Shown: positions 18,254 to 27,482 of the stretch, piece by piece | Numbering within the stretch: the first letter of the stretch is position 1 | How the letters are laid out: every line of letters starts with the position of its first letter | From: Candidatus Levyibacteriota bacterium | Lineage (GTDB): Bacteria; Patescibacteriota; Microgenomatia; Levybacterales; UBA12049 | DNA: 64,000 bases | Direction of reading: 5' to 3' | Assembly (NCBI GenBank): GCA_038254115.1 | Contig: JBBSGK010000002.1 | Location: 5,589-69,588 of the forward strand | Translations under genes and position numbers: made by a program | Notes under the pieces: model-generated | The model's database searches: none | Told to the model about the DNA's origin: nothing | Seen by the model: only the letters and a program-made list of their open reading frames with translations

Positions 18254-19209
18254 AGGAATTTTCCGATTTCTTTTTTAAGTCTTATTAAGCTTTCTTCGTC
18301 AACGAAAGAATAGGCAATAACTTTTTTCCCCATTTTTTCAAATACTTTTATATTTTTAATTACAAATTTTTCATCAAACAAATCTGTTTTTGTAAGAAGT
18401 ATAATTTCAGGTTTTTCAAGAAGCAGGGGATTGAATTTCTCAAATTCGGATCTTACTGTTTTGTATCTTTTCTTTGCATCATCATCAGATAGCTCGATGC
18501 AGTGAATTATCAATTTCGTTTTCTCAATGTGTTTTAAGAAAGTTATTCCAAGACCCTTACCGGTTGACGCGCCTTCTATAAGTCCTGGTATATCAGCAAT
18601 AGGACGTGATCCCATCATACCGATATTGGGCTCAAGAGTTGTGAAAGGGTAATCAGCGATTTTTGGTGTTGCATTAGTAAGGGCGGTGAGTAGGGTACTT
18701 TTCCCGGCATTTGGCAGTCCGATCAGACCAATCTCAGCAATGAGTCTCAGCTCAAGAAAAAGAATTTTTTTCTGCCCTGGTGTACCTGATTCCGCATACG
18801 TCGGCGCCTGGGTAACTGATGTTTTAAACTCCGTATTTCCACGTCCGCCTTTTCCTCCTTTGGCAAGAAGTACAGGGGTTGTTATGTCTGTAATTTCATA
18901 AATCTTATCTGTATCAACATCTGTGATTTTTGTTCCGCGGGGGACGTAGATTGTCATGTCCTCTGCATTTTTCCCAAAAAGATTTTTGGATTTACCGTCA
19001 ACTCCTGATTCGGCAGTTAATTTCTTTTTGAAGCGGAAGAGACGAAGATCATTTATATTGTTGGATCCCTGAAAGTATATATCGCCCCCATTACCGCCAT
19101 TGCCGCCATTTGGTCCGCCCCGCACATGCTGTCCGTCTCTTAGAAATGTAGATGCGCCATTGCCCCCACCCCCGGCCTTAATAGTGATTGTTACATTATC
19201 AACAAGCAT
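18250..19209 (-). CDS. obg: GTPase Obg (short form lacking a C-terminal extension)
   Basis: Gly-rich Obg fold MLVDNVTITIKAGGGGNGASTFLR...GGPNGGNGGNGGDIYF, then G-domain GLIGLPNAGKSTLL...DIPGLIEGAS. Confidence 0.85.
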   Translation of the reverse strand: MLVDNVTITIKAGGGGNGASTFLRDGQHVRGGPNGGNGGNGGDIYFQGSNNINDLRLFRFKKKLTAESGVDGKSKNLFGKNAEDMTIYVPRGTKITDVDTDKIYEITDITTPVLLAKGGKGGRGNTEFKTSVTQAPTYAESGTPGQKKILFLELRLIAEIGLIGLPNAGKSTLLTALTNATPKIADYPFTTLEPNIGMMGSRPIADIPGLIEGASTGKGLGITFLKHIEKTKLIIHCIELSDDDAKKRYKTVRSEFEKFNPLLLEKPEIILLTKTDLFDEKFVIKNIKVFEKMGKKVIAYSFVDEESLIRLKKEIGKFL

Positions 19210-19305
19210 CCTTGCATTGTAGCACTTATGGAATGGTTATAAAATCTGTTCAGCTCGTACCCTTGATTCACATTTTTAACCAAAACATGCTATAATCCTT
19301 TCAAT

Positions 19306-19800
19306 ATGGCTACTAAAGGGGAATATTTGTCTCCAGTCGATGCTAGCAGGTACCAAGGCAGGTCACTTCTTGATACTACTATGAGATCGCTTTTAGGATT
19401 TGAAGGAGTAAAACCGCCCGTAGTTTTAGGTGATATAAGAGCCCAAGGTTCAATGGGCACTATTAACGTCGCTGTGTTGGTAAATGCTTTCGGTTTTACA
19501 ACTAGCAAACTTGCAACAAGAGATAGGGTTACAGAAATTTTTAAGAGTATAAATGCTCAAGCTAGTATCGTACCCACAGAAGGAATTCCCCCTTTTCCTG
19601 AATTAGAGCGCCAAAGATGGTTTTCCGATACCAGTGTAATTGGATTTAATGAAACAATTGATGGAGTGGATGGAGTAGTATTTGTATGTATATCTCCCGA
19701 TAAACTAGAAGCTGACCGAATGCTTGAAGTGGTTATTAATGAATCAAGAGAAATCCAATTAGGAAAAAAAGAGACATTTACTTTGGGACGACTGCTTTAA
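19306..19800 (+). CDS. Hypothetical protein, no recognisable domain (GC-richer orphan)
   Basis: 164-aa ORF divergent from obg. Composition differs from its neighbours. Confidence 0.4.
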   Translation: MATKGEYLSPVDASRYQGRSLLDTTMRSLLGFEGVKPPVVLGDIRAQGSMGTINVAVLVNAFGFTTSKLATRDRVTEIFKSINAQASIVPTEGIPPFPELERQRWFSDTSVIGFNETIDGVDGVVFVCISPDKLEADRMLEVVINESREIQLGKKETFTLGRLL

Positions 19801-21567
19801 CTACCAACTTCCGCCGCCGCCGCCGCCGAAACCTCCTCCCGATGATCCTCCTCCTGAGAACCCACCGCTACTACTAGGCGTTGATGCAATTGCTGAAGAC
19901 ATGGAACTTGAAAAATCATTCATGTTTGATCCGAAATAAACCATGTTAAAGGGATGTGTTCCCGAATACCATCCCACTGCTGTAGATTTGACTCCTATGG
20001 AGTCCATTGCTTGAGCAAATTTTCCGGTTAAACCAAAGACAATTGCGTACGGCAAAACTTCATTGAACAAATTCTTTTTTTCAAAGAATTTTTGTCTGTA
20101 TGTTTCAGATTTATCGATAAACATACGGTATCCCTTGATCCTTCTATAAAGGTCACGTCCATAAGCAGTGCGTCTGGGCATGAATTTGGCGAACAATATA
20201 AATAGCAACCCGCTGATTATTGCTCCAACGCATAAATCAGTAAGAAAGACATTGCTGAAAGATATCATGTACCCGATGAGAAATGCGCCTATGAAGGCCA
20301 GGATAAATCCAGCGGCAAAATATTTACTGCGGACTTTCTCAGGATCTTCTGCAAATAACTTTTTCTCAACAACTTCCCGGTAAAGCTCGTCCTTGATTTT
20401 TTTTAAATCGTCGTAAAAAGTTGTCTTAAGCGTTGAGACATTTATTTCTTCTCCACTTGAAAATAACCCATTCAATAGCATTTTCTCGTAATTCATCAAT
20501 CCGTCTGTGTTGTTTTGTTTTTTTGTTAAAGTATAATCGGTCTTTCCAAAAACCCATTTCTTATCTACCTCTGTGATAGTCAAAAATCCACGTGACGCAA
20601 GATCTATTATCGTCGCGACCACATCCAGAGTGTCCGCTTTCTCATCCATGAGGACACCAATTTCGGCTGGCCTTAGCTCCTCAGGAGGAGTAAATTCTAT
20701 GACAGATGTCTCGTGTGTTCCGATTGGTTTGACCGAACCCGGATCTGAAACTTTTCCAAATGCTGAATCGCCAAACCAATAATCACGTCCGTTTTTGATC
20801 CATAAGTAAATAATTCCACCCATTCCAAAAGCCAGAATTATACCAAGCATAATAAGCGACGGTGTATCTATAAATTTCTCCCAAAACGTTTTAGGATTGA
20901 CTACCGTTAGTAGAGGCACTAAGCCTTTTTTATAACCTACTACAGCAGTCAATCCCTTTGCTTCCATCAGCTGCTCAGTTGCTTCAAACTTTGCTACTTG
21001 AGGTGACTGAATAGCGCTATGGCACTCTCCCTGTGAACCCGCATAACCCTGAAAACAGGCTACTTTAGTAATTCCGTCCGTAGGTAAAGTTATTGTGGCT
21101 TTTGCATTATTTATTCCGACGGGCCAATTATTACCGGTTACATTCCAATAAAGCTCGTCATGATCACTAAATCCTCTTAATACTCCTTTTGCTAAATATG
21201 TAATTTTGTAAGTATTTTTCCCTGAAATTGTTCTATTCTTATCACCAATTTTAATTCTAACGTACCCATCAGTGAGTGTTACTGAGTATTTTGCCTTATT
21301 CTCATTTTGCATAACTCCCTCTACGTTAATTTCTGTGTACGTTTTCTTGCCATCCTGCTCATAAACATACGGAATATCCCGGTATATCCCATGCTTTGAG
21401 AGCGTGCCAAAATCAACATCTATAGTTTCGTCGACCTTAACAATTCCTGTTTTCTGAATTTCAATATTGGAATTAAAATTGTCAATTACCCAACCTTCAT
21501 CAGCAAAAACGTAATGGGGGAGTAGTAAGAAGAAAAAAGCAAATACGAAAAATATTAAGCGCTTCAT
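19801..21567 (-). CDS. DUF2207-type membrane protein: signal peptide, extracytoplasmic domain, transmembrane segments, Gly-rich C-terminal tail
   Basis: N-terminal signal peptide, ~230-aa soluble domain, TM spans around LIMLGIILAFGMGGIIYLWI and FAAGFILAFIGAFLIGYMISF...LCVGAIISGLLFILFA. C-terminus GGFSGGGSSGGGFGGGGGGSW, an architecture characteristic of DUF2207. Confidence 0.6.
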   Translation of the reverse strand: MKRLIFFVFAFFFLLLPHYVFADEGWVIDNFNSNIEIQKTGIVKVDETIDVDFGTLSKHGIYRDIPYVYEQDGKKTYTEINVEGVMQNENKAKYSVTLTDGYVRIKIGDKNRTISGKNTYKITYLAKGVLRGFSDHDELYWNVTGNNWPVGINNAKATITLPTDGITKVACFQGYAGSQGECHSAIQSPQVAKFEATEQLMEAKGLTAVVGYKKGLVPLLTVVNPKTFWEKFIDTPSLIMLGIILAFGMGGIIYLWIKNGRDYWFGDSAFGKVSDPGSVKPIGTHETSVIEFTPPEELRPAEIGVLMDEKADTLDVVATIIDLASRGFLTITEVDKKWVFGKTDYTLTKKQNNTDGLMNYEKMLLNGLFSSGEEINVSTLKTTFYDDLKKIKDELYREVVEKKLFAEDPEKVRSKYFAAGFILAFIGAFLIGYMISFSNVFLTDLCVGAIISGLLFILFAKFMPRRTAYGRDLYRRIKGYRMFIDKSETYRQKFFEKKNLFNEVLPYAIVFGLTGKFAQAMDSIGVKSTAVGWYSGTHPFNMVYFGSNMNDFSSSMSSAIASTPSSSGGFSGGGSSGGGFGGGGGGSW

Positions 21568-21640
21568 TATTTTGCCCGGCCATTTGGCTTTGGATATCCA
21601 AATTATAGCAAATTAGATTAGTGTTTTGTATAATTGATTT

Positions 21641-22561
21641 ATGAAAAAACTCATTTTTTTAATCATTGCGGTTGTATCTATAATAATGGGGTATGTTTAT
21701 AAAACTCCTCTCGTGACCTATGCGGACAGTATTTTGTACGCATCCCCCTGTGACATACCAAGAACTTACCGCATTGGAAGCATTGATCCCAAATACAATA
21801 TGACTCGGGATAATTTTATAGCGAGTATCAATCAAGCAGGTAGCATTTGGAGCAGCTCTACTGGTAAAAATTTATTTGCTTATGACCCAAAAGGGAACAT
21901 TGAAATTAATCTTGTCTATGATCAAAGATCACTTCTGAACACTCAGATCAATGATCTGAATTCAAAAGTAAAAGAGCAGCAGAGTGAATTGGACCCTAAA
22001 ATAGCAGATTATAAAAGAAGGGCTGGCGAATTCAGGGCAAAAATTAACAAACTAAATAGTGACATCGAATATTGGAATACAAAAGGAGGAGCTCCGAGCG
22101 AAGAATATAATGCTTTAAAAAACCGTCAAAATAGTCTTGAGCAGGAATCAATTTCATTAAAAAATGAAGCATCATCCCTTAATCAATCAACAGATCTATA
22201 TAATCAGCAGGTGGGACAGCTTCACCAAACAGTAAACACCTTTAACGCGGCTTTGCAGTACAAACCTGAAGAAGGGGAATATATTTATGACAACGGACAT
22301 GAACTAATTAATATTTATTTTGATAATTCATCAGCCGAGCTTAAGCACACGCTTGCGCATGAGCTGGGACACTCAATCGGAATACCTCACAACAATAACA
22401 ACCTCTCAATCATGTTTCCCAGGACGACCGAGGCCACAGCACTCTCCGCTGATGATAATGCAGCGCTTGCAAACGTATGCGCAAAAAAAAGCGTAATAAT
22501 AGAAAATATAAAAAAACTTTCTTTACTTATCTCTAGACTGGGGCTAAAATTAAAACCCTAA
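21641..22561 (+). CDS. Metzincin (matrixin/MMP-like) zinc metalloprotease with internal coiled-coil insertion
   Basis: HELGHSIGIPH (HExxHxxGxxH) followed by the Met-turn SIMFP. N-terminal signal/anchor. About 100 aa of heptad-like sequence (KVKEQQSELDPKIADYKRRAGEFRAKINKLNSDIEYWN...) inserted before the zinc site. Confidence 0.7.
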   Translation: MKKLIFLIIAVVSIIMGYVYKTPLVTYADSILYASPCDIPRTYRIGSIDPKYNMTRDNFIASINQAGSIWSSSTGKNLFAYDPKGNIEINLVYDQRSLLNTQINDLNSKVKEQQSELDPKIADYKRRAGEFRAKINKLNSDIEYWNTKGGAPSEEYNALKNRQNSLEQESISLKNEASSLNQSTDLYNQQVGQLHQTVNTFNAALQYKPEEGEYIYDNGHELINIYFDNSSAELKHTLAHELGHSIGIPHNNNNLSIMFPRTTEATALSADDNAALANVCAKKSVIIENIKKLSLLISRLGLKLKP

Positions 22562-22637
22562 TTTGTAAAATATTGCTATTACATGTTATTAGGCTCATTC
22601 TTACATAATTCTTACATTTATATCTTATAGTTAAAGC

Positions 22638-24077
22638 ATGAAACCAAAGAAAAAAGTTATTATATTGCATATTGACGGCTTGGGCTTTGATGACGCTCAA
22701 AGAGCCATAAAAGAAGGACATATGCCTTTTTTGAAGAAACTTCTGACTGAGGAGGAGTATGAGATTTTAAGATACAGATCAGGAATTCCATCAACTACAC
22801 CATATGTTCAGGCAGGCATACTATATGGAGAAAATCAGGAAATCCCCGCTTTCAGATGGTGGGACCGCAAAAACAGTGAAATAATACGCGTGGCGGGAGA
22901 CAAGTCCTTTTATGATGTGGAGCACAGGTATTTCAATAACAAAAAACCGCTTCTGGAAAAGGGGGCAGCAATAGCATCATTATACGCAGGTGGTTCAAAA
23001 GATGTATTCGCTGTTTCATATATTGAAAAAGGGAATCGGAAATATTTCAATTCCTTGTTCCGCGAGACAGCTCTTCATTTGCTTCTCAATCCCATAAACA
23101 CTATTAAATGGAATTGGCATACATTCAGGAGAAGTATTAAAATTGGACGTGAATTAATTAAAAATATTTTAAAACGAAAATATATCGATTGGGTGCACTT
23201 TCCGATTTATCTTCTCGAGCAATTTCTTCTTGTATTTCCGACGACTATTGCGATTAAAAAAGCTCTAAATGCAAATTATCCTGTTACCTTTGCTGGTTTT
23301 TATTCTTATGACGTTATTGCTCATCTCTTCGGTACCAATTCGTCTCATTGCAACAGTGCCTTAAAAGATATAGACGGAAAACTTAGGAATATATCCGACA
23401 CGATCAATGAGGGAAAAGAATGTGATTTAATTATTTTGTCAGATCATGGGGAAACAGAGTTTTCATTCATAGAGACTATTACCGGAAAAACATTTGCTGA
23501 GCATATTTCAGATGTACTTCCGGACTATGAAATATTAGAGAATCCCGGGAAACATATTTTGACACCGGGAAAATCAAAAGGAAAGATTGTACTTGCGTAC
23601 TCTGGGGGACTTGCGCATCTATATGACGCTGAAAATGAATCCCGGATGAGTTACTCACAAGTTAAGCGAAAATTTCCAGATTTGATAAGAAAAATTTTGG
23701 CACTTCCTGAAATCAACGGTGCTATTGTCAGAGAAGCGGAAGATCATATATTTATAACGAATAGAGGCGAATTCTATCTAAATAGCCCACTTGGAAAAGT
23801 GGCCAAGGAAGTTTTGGGTAAGTATGACTTACCGGAAATAGTTGCAAAACAACTAATTGATCTAAATTCTTTCAAAAACTCTGGGGAGATTATATTTCTT
23901 GGCCAGCATGTAAAAAACCGTCAGATAAGTTTTGAAGCGCCTGTGTTTGGACATGGATCTATCGGCGGTTCACAAGCGCATCCATTTATTCTTCTCAAGA
24001 AGTCGCACAAATTAGACACAAAAAATATCACTGATGCTAGGCATCTTTACCCATTTCTAAGCTCCCTCGTTTCCTAA
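22638..24077 (+). CDS. Alkaline-phosphatase-superfamily enzyme, type I phosphodiesterase/nucleotide pyrophosphatase-like
   Basis: N-terminal VIILHIDGLGFDD metal-binding Asp cluster and later DLIILSDHGET (His ligand) are typical of the AlkP core. Confidence 0.55.
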   Translation: MKPKKKVIILHIDGLGFDDAQRAIKEGHMPFLKKLLTEEEYEILRYRSGIPSTTPYVQAGILYGENQEIPAFRWWDRKNSEIIRVAGDKSFYDVEHRYFNNKKPLLEKGAAIASLYAGGSKDVFAVSYIEKGNRKYFNSLFRETALHLLLNPINTIKWNWHTFRRSIKIGRELIKNILKRKYIDWVHFPIYLLEQFLLVFPTTIAIKKALNANYPVTFAGFYSYDVIAHLFGTNSSHCNSALKDIDGKLRNISDTINEGKECDLIILSDHGETEFSFIETITGKTFAEHISDVLPDYEILENPGKHILTPGKSKGKIVLAYSGGLAHLYDAENESRMSYSQVKRKFPDLIRKILALPEINGAIVREAEDHIFITNRGEFYLNSPLGKVAKEVLGKYDLPEIVAKQLIDLNSFKNSGEIIFLGQHVKNRQISFEAPVFGHGSIGGSQAHPFILLKKSHKLDTKNITDARHLYPFLSSLVS

Positions 24078-24078
24078 G

Positions 24079-24846
24079 CTATTTGATATTTATATCGCAG
24101 AAAACAGGTATGTGATCCGATCCCTTTATGTCAAGGCTCCAGGATTTATATGGATAGTTAAATGGTTTTATAAATATAGAATCCAATTTCTGCTTAAACC
24201 GTACCCCGGGACGCACAAAAGTCCATACTATTTCCGTTGTCAGGTCAAGAAATCCGGCTTCTTTTGCGTCTACCGAAAGATTTTTCCATCGGGGTCTGGA
24301 CGCAACTTTAAATGTATTGAAATCACCAATTATACAAGTTAGATCAACGGGCTTTTGTGATTCTGAATGTGTGAAGATTGCTTTCAGCTGCGCCCGCTTA
24401 TGATAATAACCGAACACATCCAGATGAGTAACATATACCCTTATAGATTTTTTTCCGAATTTTCCCTCAACCACAATGCAATTACGTTCCTGTTTTGGAA
24501 CAAGCCGAAATAGCATTTTTTCCCATTTTGGTAAATGTAGGCCGTAGACATCCGGTAGAAAAAAACTATTTTTTTTCGTTATTTTTATCTTATTTGAGTT
24601 CCAAATAAACGCATTTCCCTGGAACATATTCTTTTTTATTTCAATATTCTCCTGGAAGTATTTATATTGCGGACCCAATATTTCGGCAATTTCCGAAGCA
24701 TCTTCGACATTATCATGTATAAGCGATTCCTGAATTCCAACAAAGTCCAGTCCTGAAAACACATCATTTGAGGCAACCTCCCTCAATAGGATAGGCAAAT
24801 ATTGGCCCCGCTTAATATTCCATGTACAAATTCTTAAATTATCCAT
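24079..24846 (-). CDS. Endonuclease/exonuclease/phosphatase (EEP) family protein
   Basis: CTWNIKRG...VGIQE...HLDVFG...IGDFNTF...GSDHIPV: conserved Asn/Glu/Asp/His catalytic residues of the EEP fold. Confidence 0.65.
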   Translation of the reverse strand: MDNLRICTWNIKRGQYLPILLREVASNDVFSGLDFVGIQESLIHDNVEDASEIAEILGPQYKYFQENIEIKKNMFQGNAFIWNSNKIKITKKNSFFLPDVYGLHLPKWEKMLFRLVPKQERNCIVVEGKFGKKSIRVYVTHLDVFGYYHKRAQLKAIFTHSESQKPVDLTCIIGDFNTFKVASRPRWKNLSVDAKEAGFLDLTTEIVWTFVRPGVRFKQKLDSIFIKPFNYPYKSWSLDIKGSDHIPVFCDINIK

Positions 24847-24905
24847 TTAGATCAGAATATTATAATACCCATTTGTAAGAAATAAAGAAGAATAAACCTC
24901 TTGAC

Positions 24906-26195
24906 CTACTTATTTTTAATAGAAGAAACAAGAATCTTATCAACTCTATTCCCATCCATATCCATTACTTCAATCTTCAAATTATCTACCTCCAATTTAT
25001 CTCCCGTCACAGGGATACGCTCAATTCTATCCATTACAAATCCTCCAATCGTATGAAAGTGCCCGGACTTTTCGGCAGGAAGTTTTTTAATACCAAAATG
25101 ATCTTTAAATTCATCAATTGGTACCGTTCCGTCAACAAGAAATGATCCGTCATCCCGTTTTATAAATTCCTTTTCCTCAAGCTGATTAAGATTTGGAAGA
25201 TCTCCGACTATAGCCTCCAATATATCATTTAGAGATACCAATCCCTGAACATTTCCATACTCGTCAATTACAAGCGCAACATGAATTCCGGATTTCTTAA
25301 ATAGCTCAAGAACTTTTAATCCGGTTGTTCCCTCTGGAACAAATAGAGGCTTGTGCAGATGTTTTCTTAAATCTATTTCGCCCTCTATGAGAAAATTGGT
25401 TAAAATATCCTCTGTTCTTATTACTCCAAGTATTTTATCAAGACTGTCCTCAACAACCGGAAAATACGAATGCGGATTTTGAGATATTCTTTTTTTTAGA
25501 GTAGCAAACTTGCTGTCAACGTCAAGATAAACTATCTCAGCCCTGTGAATCATAAGGGATTGCACTTTCTTATCACTCATCCTAAAAGTCCGCTCTACTA
25601 TATCCTTCTCAGCAATTTGAAATACCCCCGCGCGCGTTCCCTCCCGAATAAGCATCCTTATCTCTTCTTCACTTACAGGCGGATCTTCTTTTGAAGTGAT
25701 CCTGAACAACCTTAGGATAAAATCAGTTGACGCACTAAGAATGACTATGAGGGGAGAAGCAATAATTGATATGTAATTCATGGGAAGAGCTAGTAGCTTG
25801 GCAAATTTTTCAGGATTGTTAAGACCTATTCTTTTGGGAACAAGTTCTCCAATTATTAATGATAGATATGTAATCGCTGCAACTACCAATATAAGCGCCA
25901 AAGTTTCGCTATACGGAGCAAAGAATGGATAAGCTCTAAGATAATTGGCGACATTTGCCGTAATTGTCTTTTCCCCAAAAGCGCCTGCAAAAATTCCGAT
26001 AAATGTCATACCGATCTGCGTCGTTGAGAGGAATCTGTTGGGGGACTGAGACAGATCAAGCGCCGCCTGCGCATTTATATTTCCATCATGAGCAAGCTGC
26101 TTGAGACGGGATTTGCGCGCTGAGATTATGGCAATCTCTGCCATGGCAAAAAATCCATTCAGAACAATCAGCAAAAGAACGATTAAAATCTCCAT
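24906..26195 (-). CDS. Hemolysin-family membrane protein CorC/HlyC (DUF21 + CBS pair + CorC_HlyC transporter-associated domain)
   Basis: N-terminal 4-TM DUF21 (AMAEIAIISARKSRL), tandem CBS region, C-terminal PVTGDKLEVDNLKIEVMDMDGNRVDKILV. Confidence 0.8.
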   Translation of the reverse strand: MEILIVLLLIVLNGFFAMAEIAIISARKSRLKQLAHDGNINAQAALDLSQSPNRFLSTTQIGMTFIGIFAGAFGEKTITANVANYLRAYPFFAPYSETLALILVVAAITYLSLIIGELVPKRIGLNNPEKFAKLLALPMNYISIIASPLIVILSASTDFILRLFRITSKEDPPVSEEEIRMLIREGTRAGVFQIAEKDIVERTFRMSDKKVQSLMIHRAEIVYLDVDSKFATLKKRISQNPHSYFPVVEDSLDKILGVIRTEDILTNFLIEGEIDLRKHLHKPLFVPEGTTGLKVLELFKKSGIHVALVIDEYGNVQGLVSLNDILEAIVGDLPNLNQLEEKEFIKRDDGSFLVDGTVPIDEFKDHFGIKKLPAEKSGHFHTIGGFVMDRIERIPVTGDKLEVDNLKIEVMDMDGNRVDKILVSSIKNK

Positions 26196-26266
26196 ATGTA
26201 TATTATAGCAAGTCCAGCTCAGGAAGTTAAATTTTAAACTTGCTTGCTAAATAGTATAATATATTT

Positions 26267-26575
26267 GTGATTGAGTTAAGAGTAAAACTATTAAATGGAA
26301 GGAGCAAAATAAGAGGTTTATTGGGTTCAAAAAAAGCTTACCCCGTGCTTTTAAAAACCCGTTTCGGAATTCACACGTTGGGGATGAAATTTCCGATTGA
26401 TGTAATTATTTTAGACAAAAATAATTTTGTAGTAAAGCTTGCAAAAAACCTAAAGCCAAACCATATTTTCCTTTGGAATCCTTTATATGAGACTTGCATT
26501 GAACTCCCGACCGGAGAAATTGCAAAACGAAAGATTGTAGTAGGAGAAAAAACAAAGATAATTATCTTAAGTTAA
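26267..26575 (+). CDS. Small DUF192-like protein (COG1430 family), tentative
   Basis: 102 aa. GLLGSKK...GIHTLGMKFPIDVIILDKNNFVV resembles the conserved Gly/Met-Asp core of DUF192. Confidence 0.35.
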   Translation: MIELRVKLLNGRSKIRGLLGSKKAYPVLLKTRFGIHTLGMKFPIDVIILDKNNFVVKLAKNLKPNHIFLWNPLYETCIELPTGEIAKRKIVVGEKTKIIILS

Positions 26576-26634
26576 TAGCTTTTTAAGCTTGGTTTTAGTA
26601 AAATATGCATTGTGGCATACTCAGTCACAAATAA

Positions 26635-26705
26635 TGGGAAGTCGTCTAATGGTAGGACAACAGCCTTTGGAGCTGTTTATTCTGGTTCGAATCCAGGCTT
26701 CCCAG
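26635..26705 (+). tRNA. tRNA-Gln (anticodon TTG)
   Basis: Cloverleaf read by hand. Acceptor TGGGAAG/CTTCCCA (U1-A72) with discriminator G73, anticodon loop CTTTGGA, T-loop TTCGAAT. Confidence 0.8.
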
Positions 26706-26769
26706 CATTGTTTTGAATCTTAATAATCCAATGATTTCAATGAATTAACGGTATTGTAGAATTGTTTAA

Positions 26770-27366
26770 ATGAGAAAAATTTTTGTGCTCGAATTTATTA
26801 CTATGGATGGCGTCATACAGGCACCTGGCGACTCCAAAGAAGATGCAGCCGAAGGCTTCAAATATGGTGGTTGGATGGGGCCATATTTTGGAAAAGATGA
26901 GATTGCGGGTCTGGAGATGGAGAAACAAATGAAGAAGACAGCTGGCCTGCTCCTCGGACGCAATACATATGACATCTTTGCGGGATTTTGGCCTAAAAAT
27001 ACCGAGTCTTGGCCACAAGTAAACAAAATCACTAAATATGTTGTCTCAAAAACCCTCCAAAAACCCACATGGGAAAATACTATCGTTATAAAAGACATTG
27101 AAGCATTAAAAAAACTCAAAGACTCGGACGGTCCAAACCTCCAAGTCTATGGAAGTGCAAATCTAATTCAGTCACTAATGGAGCAAGATTTGGTTGATGA
27201 ATTTTGGCTGAAAATATTTCCTGTTACTCTCGGGACAGGAAAACGGTTGTTTGACAAAGGCACTATCCCTGTATCTTTCAAGCTCTTCGACTCTAAAATT
27301 TCCCAAAATGGTATCATTTTTGCATACTACAAGCGTGCAGGAGATGTCAAAACGTCTGAAGTGTAG
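26770..27366 (+). CDS. Dihydrofolate-reductase-family protein (RibD C-terminal/YwjB-like reductase domain), paralog 1
   Basis: FITMDGVIQAPG, LLLGRNTYDIF, VYGSANLIQSLM, FPVTLGTGKRLF. 198 aa, typical size for the family. Confidence 0.7.
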   Translation: MRKIFVLEFITMDGVIQAPGDSKEDAAEGFKYGGWMGPYFGKDEIAGLEMEKQMKKTAGLLLGRNTYDIFAGFWPKNTESWPQVNKITKYVVSKTLQKPTWENTIVIKDIEALKKLKDSDGPNLQVYGSANLIQSLMEQDLVDEFWLKIFPVTLGTGKRLFDKGTIPVSFKLFDSKISQNGIIFAYYKRAGDVKTSEV

Positions 27367-27387
27367 CTTTGATAATAAGTTCCCACA

Positions 27388-27407
27388 CCTGCCTGCCGGC
27401 AGGCAGG
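27388..27407. repeat. Perfect 20-bp palindrome CCTGCCTGCCGGCAGGCAGG (copy A of dispersed palindromic element)
   Basis: Read directly. Identical 20-mer at 54716-54735. Imperfect copy at 32501-32519. Confidence 0.9.
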
Positions 27408-27482
27408 TAGTCAACCAATGCCAGGTTTTAGCCTTAAAATCCAAGGTTTTCAATGAATTAACGGTGTGGTAGAATTGATTAA

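Noticed and set aside
26737-27119. Minus-strand ORFs 26737-27018 and 26766-27119
   Set aside because: They are antisense to the first DHFR-family paralog, which has clear family motifs.
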